Assembly: GCA_037446495.1 (NCBI GenBank)
Contig: JBBIIL010000010.1
Location: 1-60,548, forward strand
Source: Chloroflexota bacterium
GTDB taxonomy: Bacteria > Chloroflexota > Limnocylindria > Limnocylindrales > CSP1-4
Direction: 5' to 3'
DNA: 60,548 nt
Below, piece after piece: positions 45,268-56,269 of this stretch. The translations under genes and the position numbers were made by a program. The notes beneath the pieces were generated by a model. That model saw only the letters and a list, made by a program, of their open reading frames with translations, was not told the origin of the DNA and made no database searches. Positions within the stretch are counted from its first letter, which is position 1; each line of letters begins with the position of its first letter.

Positions 45268-46928
45268 TGGCCGGCGGCTTCGGGACTTCGGCGCTCACCG
45301 AGTCCGAGCTTCGTCAGACCTTCGAGGAGGCCCAGCGTCAGGCCGACACGGTCTTCGCCCAGTACCAGCTCAGCCAGCTTCTCGCCCTCGGCGGCCAGCT
45401 GCCGCTCATGGCCGGCAGCGTCATCGGCGAGCTGGTCCGCGCGAGCGACGCCGTCGTGGGCGCGATCTGGCTGGCCGCCTCGGGCGAGGTCGAGCTGCGC
45501 ATCGTCGCCACGGAGCCCGAGCTCGGAGGGCAGGCGGACGACGCCACCAGGTGGCGGCGAGGCGAGGCTGTCCGCGACGCCGCAGGGGGTGAGGACGTGC
45601 CGGGTCACGTCATCCCCGCCGGGTTCGCGTCCGCGGCCGTCGCCGAGGCCTGGGTCCGGCGCAACGGTTGGCACGGCGTCTCCCTCGACGAGCGCCGCGA
45701 CATGGGCGAGGGCGCGCTGGACGCCCGGATCGTGGGCTTCATCGCTCTCCGGCCTGCCGACGGGGCGCGCCTCCCGGCCGACCGCATCCGCCTGCTGGGC
45801 CTGGTCCGCCATGAGCTGGCGATCGCGTTCCGCGCGGCCCAGCTGCGCGAGCAGCTGGCGGGCGAACAGGCGCTCCTGGCGGCGATCCTCGACGGCGCGA
45901 GCGAGGGGATCGTGGCGGTCGACGAGCGGCGCCGCGTGGTCCGGCTCAACCGGGCGGCCACGGCCCTCCTAGGCGGGCGGATCCCGCCGGCCGGCTCCAC
46001 GTGCGAGGCGGTGCTGCGGTGCGGCGACGGAGAGGCGTTGCGCTGCGGTCCGCGGTGCCGCTTCGAGGAGGTGTTGACCAGCCCCTCGGGGATCGTGGAG
46101 ACCGAGATGCACCTGGTCACGGACGCCGCGGGCGAGATCCCCATTGCCGCCTCGTTCTCGGCGATGGCAGGACGGGAGGGCGGCGCCGTGGTCGTCCTGC
46201 GCGACCTGCGCCCGGAGCATGCTGCCGAGGAGCTGCGGGCCAGCTTCCTCGCCGCGGTCTCGCACGAGCTGCGGACCCCGCTGGCGCTGATCTCGGGTTA
46301 CGTGGACAGCCTTCTCGACCTCGGCCTGGACCCGGCCGCGCAGCGGCGCTCGGTCGAACGCATCGGGCACGCCGCGGCACGGCTGCAGTCCCTCGTCGAC
46401 GAGCTCCTCGACCTGACCCAGTTGGAGCACGCGAGCCTCGCTCTGCACCGGTCCCGCGTGGACGTCGCCGGGCTCCTGGGCTCGGTGATCGGGGGGCTCG
46501 GGGAGTGGCCGGGCATGCCGCCCGTGAGCGTCCACGTGCCGGCCGGCCTGCCGGACGTCTCCGTGGACCCGGTTCGCATCGGCCACGTCCTCGTCAGTCT
46601 CGTGGACAACGCCCGCCGCTACGGGGGCCCGGGAGCCATCGCGATCAGGGCGCGCCGCCAGCGAAGCACGGTTGTCATCACCGTCGAGGATGACGGGCCC
46701 GGCATCCCGCCCGACGAGCGCGTCCTCGTCTTCGACCGCCTCTACCGGGGGCGCGCGGCGCGCGACGCCCACCCCGGTGGCACGGGCCTCGGCCTGCACG
46801 TCTGCCGCCGCCTTGTGGAAGCGCACGGCGGGCGGATCTGGGTCGACCCGGACCACGGGCGCAGCGCGATCTCCTTCAGCGTGCCGGCGGCGCGGCGCCG
46901 GCCGGCTCACACCAGCGGAGCGGTGTGA
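45267..46928 (+). CDS. Soluble sensor histidine kinase (GAF-like, PAS, HisKA, HATPase_c)
   Basis: ATG at 45267 overlaps the upstream stop (TGATG). H-box SHELRTPL, N-box VDNARRYG, G-boxes EDDGPGI and GGTGLGL. No TM helix. GAF-like end-string RIVGFIALRP...LLGLVRHELAIAFRAAQL and PAS start LLAAILDGASEGIVAVD. Confidence 0.9.
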   Translation: MAGGFGTSALTESELRQTFEEAQRQADTVFAQYQLSQLLALGGQLPLMAGSVIGELVRASDAVVGAIWLAASGEVELRIVATEPELGGQADDATRWRRGEAVRDAAGGEDVPGHVIPAGFASAAVAEAWVRRNGWHGVSLDERRDMGEGALDARIVGFIALRPADGARLPADRIRLLGLVRHELAIAFRAAQLREQLAGEQALLAAILDGASEGIVAVDERRRVVRLNRAATALLGGRIPPAGSTCEAVLRCGDGEALRCGPRCRFEEVLTSPSGIVETEMHLVTDAAGEIPIAASFSAMAGREGGAVVVLRDLRPEHAAEELRASFLAAVSHELRTPLALISGYVDSLLDLGLDPAAQRRSVERIGHAAARLQSLVDELLDLTQLEHASLALHRSRVDVAGLLGSVIGGLGEWPGMPPVSVHVPAGLPDVSVDPVRIGHVLVSLVDNARRYGGPGAIAIRARRQRSTVVITVEDDGPGIPPDERVLVFDRLYRGRAARDAHPGGTGLGLHVCRRLVEAHGGRIWVDPDHGRSAISFSVPAARRRPAHTSGAV

Positions 46929-47713
46929 GCAACGGGGGCCGTGCCTCCCGCGACGGTCCGCGGGCGCTCGATGGGCGGCGCGTCGTCCCGCCCCCAACTT
47001 CGGAGGCGTCCAGGCCCGGGCACGGCGAACTGGTCCTGATCGTCGACGACGAGCCGGAGTTCCGCGAGCTCGTGGAACTCTGGGTGAGCCGCCAGGGCTG
47101 GCGCACGGCCGCGGCCGCCGACGGCCTGGAGGTGATGCGCCGATTCGAGGAGGAGGCGCCAGATCTGGTGCTCCTTGACATCAACCTGCCGGGCCTGGAC
47201 GGCTGGCAGGTGACCGAATGGATTAGGCGCGTGAGCACGGTGCCCATCCTGATGGTCACGGCCATGGGCGCCGAGGAGGACGTGGTGCGCGGCCTGGTCG
47301 CGGGCGCCGACGACTACCTCACGAAGCCCGTGCGGATGCACGAGCTCGTGGCACGGGTCGCCGCCGCGTTGCGGCGCGTTCAGGTCGCGAGTGGCCGGTC
47401 GGGTGAAGCGGTGATCGATCGCGAGGGCCTGCGGATCGAGCCGGTGACGCACCGCGTGGTGGGCGAGACAGGGGAGGTCCACCTCACCCCGACCGAGTTC
47501 CGGCTGCTCGTCACGCTCGCCCGCCACCCGGGCGTCCTGATGGGCCACGCGGAGCTGCTGCGCGGCGTGTGGGGCCCGACCTACGGCGAGGAGACCCAGC
47601 TCCTGCGGGTCACGATGCGCAACCTCCGCGCGAAGCTCGCGGCCGCGTCGCCGGGGCGCACCTTCATCGCCACGGAGTACGGCCTGGGCTACCGGTTCGA
47701 GCCCGCGCGCTGA
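46925..47713 (+). CDS. OmpR/PhoB-family response regulator
   Basis: GTG at 46925 overlaps the kinase stop (GTGTGA). Receiver strings LIVDDEP and LLDINLPGLDG. wHTH strings LTPTEFRLLVTLA and YGLGYRF. The N-terminal extension is about 35 aa. Confidence 0.92.
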   Translation: MSNGGRASRDGPRALDGRRVVPPPTSEASRPGHGELVLIVDDEPEFRELVELWVSRQGWRTAAAADGLEVMRRFEEEAPDLVLLDINLPGLDGWQVTEWIRRVSTVPILMVTAMGAEEDVVRGLVAGADDYLTKPVRMHELVARVAAALRRVQVASGRSGEAVIDREGLRIEPVTHRVVGETGEVHLTPTEFRLLVTLARHPGVLMGHAELLRGVWGPTYGEETQLLRVTMRNLRAKLAAASPGRTFIATEYGLGYRFEPAR

Positions 47714-47764
47714 GGTGGCCCGCGAGGTGCCGTGGGCTGCAGTACCCGTGATCCCGGACCGCTC

Positions 47765-47773
47765 TGCTAGGAT
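47765..47773 (+). promoter_or_regulatory. Putative extended -10 TGCTAGGAT upstream of glyQS
   Basis: TG at 47765-47766 and TAGGAT at 47768-47773. It lies about 65 nt upstream of the GTG at 47840. Confidence 0.35.
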
Positions 47774-47839
47774 CGGGAGGACCTTCCCCCTTATCGCCAG
47801 CCCGTGTCCCTGCCAAGGCCGCGGGTCCTCGGAGGCCCC

Positions 47840-49249
47840 GTGACCGATCCCGTCGCCGACCCCAACGCCGTCGCGCCCGCCGTCGCGAGCCTCGAGACCA
47901 TCGTCTCGCTGTCCAAGCGCCGCGGCTTCGTCTTCCCCTCGTCCGAGATCTACGGCGGCATCAACGCCGTGTGGGACTACGGGCCCCTCGGCGTGGAGCT
48001 CAAGAACAACGTGAAGCGCGCCTGGTGGCGGGCGATGGTCCAGGACCGCAACGACATCGTGGGCCTGGACGCGGGCATCTTGATGCACCCCCAGGTGTGG
48101 GTGACCTCGGGCCACGTGGGCAGCTTCTCGGACCCCCTGGTCGAATGCTCGGAGTGCCACCGTCGGTTCCGCCTCGACGAGCTGCCCGGCACAGAGCAGC
48201 TGACCCAGACCGACCTGCGCGACGAGATGATCACCGCGCGCCTGGGCCTCACGTGCCCGTTCGATCAGACCGCGCTTTCCGCGCCGCGCCGGTTCAACCT
48301 GATGTTCACCAGCCACATGGGCCCGGTCGAGGACGACGGCAACGTCGTGTACTTCCGCCCCGAGACCGCCCAGGGCTCGTACGTCAACTTCAAGAACGTC
48401 CAGCAGAGCTCGCGTAAGAAGATCCCGTTCGGCATCGCGCAGGTCGGCAAGTCGTTCCGCAACGAGATCAGCCCGGGCAACTTCGTGTTCCGGATGCGCG
48501 AGTTCGAGCAGATGGAGATGCAGTACTTCGTCCGCCCCGAGGAAGGCGCGGCCGAGGCGTTCGAGTACTGGCTGCCGCGGCGCAAGGCGTGGTACGAGGC
48601 CTACGGCGTCATGCCCAGCCGGCTGCGCTTCCGCGAGCACGCTCCCGACGAGCTGGCGCACTACGCGAAGAAGGCGATCGATGTCGAGTACCGCTTTCCG
48701 TTCGGCTGGAAGGAGCTCGAGGGGATCCACAACCGGGGCGACTTCGACCTCGGCAACCATGCGCGGGCGTCCGGCGAGAACCTCGAGTACTTCGACCAGG
48801 CCTCGGGCGAGCACTACATCCCGTGGATCGTGGAGACGGCCGCCGGCGCCGATCGCGCCGCCTTCACGTTCCTCATCGACGCCTACCGCGAGGAGGAGGT
48901 CCGGGGCGAGACTCGCGTAGTCCTCGGGCTGCACCCCGACCTCGCCCCGTACAAGGTGGCCGTCCTGCCGCTGCTCAAGAAGCGCCCGGAGATCGTGGAC
49001 CTGTGCCACAAGCTCCTCGGCGATCTCAAGCGCGACCTCATGGCGGTCTACGACGACACCGCCGCCATTGGCAAGCTGTACCGCCGCCAGGACGAGATCG
49101 GCACGCCGTGGTGCGTGACGGTGGACGTGGACTCGATCGAGGACGGCGCCGTGACCGTCCGCGACCGCGACACGATGGCCCAGGAGCGCGTGCCGCTCGA
49201 GGGCGTGAAGCGGCTGATCCTCGACCGCATGGCGGCCGCCCGGCCGTAG
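47840..49249 (+). CDS. glyQS: Glycine--tRNA ligase (dimeric class II type)
   Basis: Internal GTG at 47840 of ORF 47804..49249, with GGAGG upstream. Strings [30 protein letters not shown] and [21 protein letters not shown]. Confidence 0.93.
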   Translation: MTDPVADPNAVAPAVASLETIVSLSKRRGFVFPSSEIYGGINAVWDYGPLGVELKNNVKRAWWRAMVQDRNDIVGLDAGILMHPQVWVTSGHVGSFSDPLVECSECHRRFRLDELPGTEQLTQTDLRDEMITARLGLTCPFDQTALSAPRRFNLMFTSHMGPVEDDGNVVYFRPETAQGSYVNFKNVQQSSRKKIPFGIAQVGKSFRNEISPGNFVFRMREFEQMEMQYFVRPEEGAAEAFEYWLPRRKAWYEAYGVMPSRLRFREHAPDELAHYAKKAIDVEYRFPFGWKELEGIHNRGDFDLGNHARASGENLEYFDQASGEHYIPWIVETAAGADRAAFTFLIDAYREEEVRGETRVVLGLHPDLAPYKVAVLPLLKKRPEIVDLCHKLLGDLKRDLMAVYDDTAAIGKLYRRQDEIGTPWCVTVDVDSIEDGAVTVRDRDTMAQERVPLEGVKRLILDRMAAARP

Positions 49250-49281
49250 GGATGGAGTAGGCGAGGGCTCGCTGGGGCAGG

Positions 49282-49333
49282 GCTGCCGGGCGCCGCTGCC
49301 GGGCGCCGCTGCCGGGCGCCGCTGCCGGGCGCC
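49282..49333. repeat. 13-bp tandem repeat GCTGCCGGGCGCC x4 (plus a partial fifth copy)
   Basis: Four perfect head-to-tail copies at 49282-49333, then GCTGGGC. They lie in the spacer between convergent glyQS and the NfnB-like gene. The unit length is not a multiple of 3. Confidence 0.9.
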
Positions 49334-49545
49334 GCTGGGCTACACCGGTCCGGTGCGGAGCCACACCGCCCCGGACTCCCGGGCCATGGCGCGCGGCCCG
49401 CGCGTCGGGGACCATCCTCGCTCAGGGACGCGGTCGTCGCGCACGAGGCGCCGGCGGCCGCGTCCGTCCACGTCACCGGGGGATCGAACGGCGGACGACG
49501 CCGTGCGCCGCCCGCCGTGTCGGGGTTCTTGGGGTGGGGGAGCGG

Positions 49546-51063
49546 TCAGCCAGCCGCGACCGCCGCCTCCTTCTCGGGCTTCTTCGCGTTGGTTTCGGGC
49601 GGCGGCGGCCAGGCGCCGTTGAGCCACGAGTTGATCGCCGCCGCGGACCGCTTGCCGTCGCCCATGGCGAGGATCACGGTCGCCGCGCCGCGCACGATGT
49701 CGCCGCCCGCGAACACGCCCGGCAGGCTCGTCATGCCGTAGTCGTCGGTGATCAGGTAGCCCCACTCGTTGACCTTGAGCTCGGGTGCCGAGCCCGTGAG
49801 CAGCGGGTTGGCCTTGGTGCCGATCGCCACGACCACGAGGTCGCAGTCGATGGTGAAGTCTGACCCGGGGATGACGGTCGGGCGGCGGCGGCCGGAGGCG
49901 TCGGGCTCGCCCAGCTCCATGCGGACGCAGCGCAGGCCCGTGACCCAGCGGTTCTCGTCCGCGAGGACCTCGACCGGGGCGACCAGGTACTCGAAGATGA
50001 CGCCCTCGTCCTTGGCGTGGTGAACCTCCTCGGCGCGGGCGGGGAGCTCCACCGCAGAACGGCGGTAGACGATCGTGGCCTCCTCGGCACCCAGGCGGCG
50101 CGCGGTGCGGACGGAGTCCATCGCCACGTTGCCGCCGCCCACCACCACGACGCGCTGGCCGTGGAGGATCGGGGTCTGGGAGTCCGGGCTCCAGGCGCCC
50201 ATGAGGTTGACGCGGGTGAGGTACTCGTTGGCCGAGTAGACGCCCTTGTAGTTCTCGCCCGGGACGTTCATGAACACCGGCAGGCCGGCGCCCACGGCGA
50301 GGAACAGCGCGTCGAACTCGTCGCGGAGCTCGGGGATCGTGTACGTGCGCCCGATGATCGCGTCGAGCTCCAGCTTGACGCCCTCGCTCACGAGGCGGTC
50401 CACCTCGGCCTGCACGATGTCCTTGGGCAGGCGGAACTCGGGGATGCCGTAGATCAGCACGCCGCCCGGGGCGTGGAAGGCCTCGAACACCGTGACGTCG
50501 TGGCCCGCCTTGACGAGCTCGCCGGCAGCGGTCAGGCCGGCCGGGCCGGAGCCCACGATGCCCACCTTCTTGCCGGTCTGGACCGGGTGGGCCTTGGGCA
50601 GCTGGTCGAGGTTCGCCTGCGCCCAGTCCGCCACGTACCGCTCGAGGTAGCCGATGGCGACCGGGTTGCCCTTCTTGACGCGAATGCACACCTGCTCGCA
50701 CTGCGTCTCCTGCGGGCAGACGCGGCCGGTGACGCAGGGGAGGGCGTTGTCGGACAGGAGGCTCTCCGCCGCCTGCGCGATCTCGCCGTCGCGGAGGAAC
50801 TTGATGAACCGCGGGATGTCCACGCGGACCGGACAGCCGTCCACGCAGAAGGGCTTGGGGCACTGGATGCAGCGCTCGGCCTCGAGCATCGCCAGCTGGT
50901 AGGTGAGGCCCTGGTTGACCTCGCCGAAGTTGTGGGCTCGGACCTCGCCGGGCTGCTCCGGCATGGCGACCCGCTCGATCGCCATGCGCTCCTTGTTGCT
51001 GGCGGGCTTGACCGGGAGCTCAGCCTCGTCGCCGGCCGGCAGCGGGGCCGCGGGCTCGGTCAC
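49546..51063 (-). CDS. GltD/NfnB/SudA-type NAD(P)H-dependent iron-sulfur flavoprotein (large subunit)
   Basis: Internal GTG at 51063 of ORF 49546..51243 overlaps the upstream stop (GTGA). Motifs CIQCPKPFCVDGCP, GSGPAGL and GGGNVAMD. Confidence 0.8.
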   Translation of the reverse strand: MTEPAAPLPAGDEAELPVKPASNKERMAIERVAMPEQPGEVRAHNFGEVNQGLTYQLAMLEAERCIQCPKPFCVDGCPVRVDIPRFIKFLRDGEIAQAAESLLSDNALPCVTGRVCPQETQCEQVCIRVKKGNPVAIGYLERYVADWAQANLDQLPKAHPVQTGKKVGIVGSGPAGLTAAGELVKAGHDVTVFEAFHAPGGVLIYGIPEFRLPKDIVQAEVDRLVSEGVKLELDAIIGRTYTIPELRDEFDALFLAVGAGLPVFMNVPGENYKGVYSANEYLTRVNLMGAWSPDSQTPILHGQRVVVVGGGNVAMDSVRTARRLGAEEATIVYRRSAVELPARAEEVHHAKDEGVIFEYLVAPVEVLADENRWVTGLRCVRMELGEPDASGRRRPTVIPGSDFTIDCDLVVVAIGTKANPLLTGSAPELKVNEWGYLITDDYGMTSLPGVFAGGDIVRGAATVILAMGDGKRSAAAINSWLNGAWPPPPETNAKKPEKEAAVAAG

Positions 51064-51899
51064 GACTTCACCTCGGTGGTGGCGCAGGCGCCCAGCTTGT
51101 CGAGCGCCTGCTGCTCGAAGCTCCTGTAGGTGGTGAGACGGTCGGCCAGCTCCTGGAAGTTGACCTTGTGCGCGTCGAACTCGGGGCCGTCCACGCAGGC
51201 GTACTTGGTCTCGCCGTCGATCGTCACGCGGCAACCGCCGCACATCCCGGTCCCGTCAACCATGATCGCGTTGAGCGACACGGTGGTGGCGACGCCGTAT
51301 GGCTGGGTCAGGTTGGAGACGGCCCGCATCATCGGCACCGGGCCAATGGCGTAGACGGCGTCCACGCCGCCCGCGTCGAGCAGGTCCTTGAGCGCCTCGG
51401 TGACGAAGCCGTGGCGGCCGTAGGAGCCGTCATCCGTGCAGGTGACGACGTCGCCGAGCGCGGTGAGCTCCTTCTCGAGGATGACCCATTCCTTGGAGCG
51501 CCCGCCGATCACGCTGGTGACGTGGACGCCGGCGTCGGACAGTGCGCGGACGATGGGCAGGAGCACCGCGGTGCCAACCCCGCCGCCGACACAGACCGCG
51601 TGGCCGGCCTTGAGCAGGTGGGTCTCGCTGCCGAGCGGGCCGGCGACGTCCTGAATGGCCTCGCCCACCTGCATGTTGGTCAGCTCGGTGGTGGAGCGGC
51701 CGATGGCCTGGATCATCAGCGTGATCGTCCCGGCCTCGGGGTCGTTGTCGGCGATCGTCAGCGGGATGCGCTCGCCGCCCGGACCCTTCCGGACGATGAC
51801 GAACTGGCCGGGACGTCGGACCTTCGCGATCCGAGGCGCCTCGACCACCAGGCGGACGACGTTCGGTGAGAGCTGCTCTCGCTCGACGATGGGGTGCAA
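51060..51899 (-). CDS. NfnA/SudB/PyrK-type FAD/NAD-binding 2Fe-2S subunit (small subunit)
   Basis: TTG start. Strings RIPLTIAD and GGGVGTA, plus the C-terminal cluster motif MCGGCRV...YACVDGPEF. It is coupled to the downstream large subunit. Confidence 0.8.
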   Translation of the reverse strand: MHPIVEREQLSPNVVRLVVEAPRIAKVRRPGQFVIVRKGPGGERIPLTIADNDPEAGTITLMIQAIGRSTTELTNMQVGEAIQDVAGPLGSETHLLKAGHAVCVGGGVGTAVLLPIVRALSDAGVHVTSVIGGRSKEWVILEKELTALGDVVTCTDDGSYGRHGFVTEALKDLLDAGGVDAVYAIGPVPMMRAVSNLTQPYGVATTVSLNAIMVDGTGMCGGCRVTIDGETKYACVDGPEFDAHKVNFQELADRLTTYRSFEQQALDKLGACATTEVKS

Positions 51900-52108
51900 G
51901 TCAACCTCGAAGCTGTTCTGGGGCGGGACGCACGGATCAGCCCGTGCTCGGGCAGATACGCCATGATCGCCCTTGGCCTCCCGCGCGCGTTACCTGCCCA
52001 TGGCCCCGCGGGGCGGTCCAATGGTCACAACAGGGTAGTCCGTCCGGAGGTCATGCGGGTCCGGTGCGCCCTCAGGCGTGCCCGCGCGTCCCGCGGTGCC
52101 CTGCGGGA

Positions 52109-52924
52109 TCAGCCAGCGGGCGTGGGCGCGCCTGGCTTGCCCTTCGGCCAGTAGAGCTCCTTCTTCACGTGGAACTCCGGGAAGCCGCGGTCCATCAGGG
52201 TGCGCTCTGCGTTGAGGATCATCTCCGGGTTGCCGCAGATGTAGACGACCGTCTTGTCCGGCTTGAGCCCGAACTCCTTGCAGGTGCCTGCGATGACCTG
52301 CTCTGCGCGGCCGGTGCGCCCCGCCCAGCCCGCGTTGCGCGGGTCGGCCGGGCGGGAGATGGAGGGCACGTAGGAGAGGCGGTACGCGGGGTCCTGCTCC
52401 CAGCTCTCGAGCTCGGCGCGGTAGCCCAGCTCGTCGGCGAACGAGCAGCCGTTGATCAGCACGGTCTTGCGCGGCTTCCCCTGGGCCATGGTCTCGCGGA
52501 TCATCGAGAGGAATGGCGCGATGCCCGTGCCCGTGGACACGTAGAGGTGCGTGCGCGCGTCCTCGGGCTCGAGCATGAACTTGCCCTTGGGCCCGATCAT
52601 CCGCATCCGGTGCCCCACCTGGAGGCGCCACAGCGCGGTGGTGAACCGCACAACCGGGACGTGCCGCACGAACAGCTCGTAGCCGGTGGTGTCGGCGGTG
52701 GCTGGCGCAGACGCGACCGAGTAGGGCCGCTGGAGCATCTTGCCGTCCGCCAGCACGCCGGCCGTCATGTACTGCCCGGGCGTGAAGGGAGCCGCCGGGC
52801 CGTCGAGCTTGACGCGGAAGTACGCGAGGTCCGACGTCAGGTCCTCGCGGTGCACGAGGGTCGCGTTGTAGGCATCGGCGAAGATGTCGATGACGCGGTC
52901 GTCCTCGGCGATGGGATCAGTCAC
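52109..52924 (-). CDS. Ferredoxin--NADP(+) reductase (Fpr-type)
   Basis: FAD motif RPYSVAS and NADP motif GTGIAPF. Length is 271 aa. GTG start. Confidence 0.8.
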   Translation of the reverse strand: MTDPIAEDDRVIDIFADAYNATLVHREDLTSDLAYFRVKLDGPAAPFTPGQYMTAGVLADGKMLQRPYSVASAPATADTTGYELFVRHVPVVRFTTALWRLQVGHRMRMIGPKGKFMLEPEDARTHLYVSTGTGIAPFLSMIRETMAQGKPRKTVLINGCSFADELGYRAELESWEQDPAYRLSYVPSISRPADPRNAGWAGRTGRAEQVIAGTCKEFGLKPDKTVVYICGNPEMILNAERTLMDRGFPEFHVKKELYWPKGKPGAPTPAG

Positions 52925-53100
52925 GGTGGTGCTCCGTGCTCGGTGACAGGGGCTGGGGCCGCGGTCTGGCCGTCCTGAGTGTACCGCCGGGGCACCCCTG
53001 CCCCGTGGACCGCCGAGGGGCTCCGAACGGCCCGTTTCGCCGGGACCCGTGGCCCCGCCAGTGGGTCCGTGGGTTCGGCGAGTGGTTCCGCCTGCCGACG

Positions 53101-53106
53101 TACAAT
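53101..53106 (+). promoter_or_regulatory. Putative -10 box TACAAT upstream of ppdK
   Basis: TACAAT at 53101-53106. The ATG is at 53186 and is preceded by AAGGAG at 53169-53174. Confidence 0.3.
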
Positions 53107-53185
53107 TCCCAGCGATCCCGAACGGTGACCTCCCGCGGGCCGACTACCCATGGGCCCGCTCGCACGCCAAAGGAGCCCACACAGC

Positions 53186-55960
<2,775 letters not shown>

Positions 55961-55999
55961 GCCACCCGCCGGGCCGCCGCCCGGCACAGCGAACCATGC

Positions 56000-56032
56000 G
56001 GAGGCGCTCCCTCGTTCGAGGGGAGCGCCTCC
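56000..56032 (+). terminator. Putative terminator hairpin after ppdK
   Basis: A perfect 12-bp stem, GGAGGCGCTCCC / GGGAGCGCCTCC, with a 9-nt loop, 40 nt after the stop. The 3' tail is only weakly T-rich (TCCGTCTC). Confidence 0.6.
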
Positions 56033-56269
56033 TCCGTCTCGCGCCGCGCTCGCCCGTGGCCACCACTCGGCGCCTGCCCGATCCGCGGCAGATGTGCAAT
56101 CGGGCATTTGTCGGGGGTAGACCCGGGCACAACTCGGTGGCACGATACGGGTCCGTCGGCAAGCCACGGGGGGCTTCCGGCGCAGCCCAGACGGAGGACG
56201 GGATTGCCCGTTGGTCGTGACCGTGGGCGGCGCGCTGCCCGCGCCGATGATCCGGTCCTGCCGGCCGTC

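Noticed and set aside
47714-47839. Possible T-box leader upstream of glyQS.
   Set aside because: The spacer is only about 125 nt. I saw no specifier hairpin or conserved T-box string.
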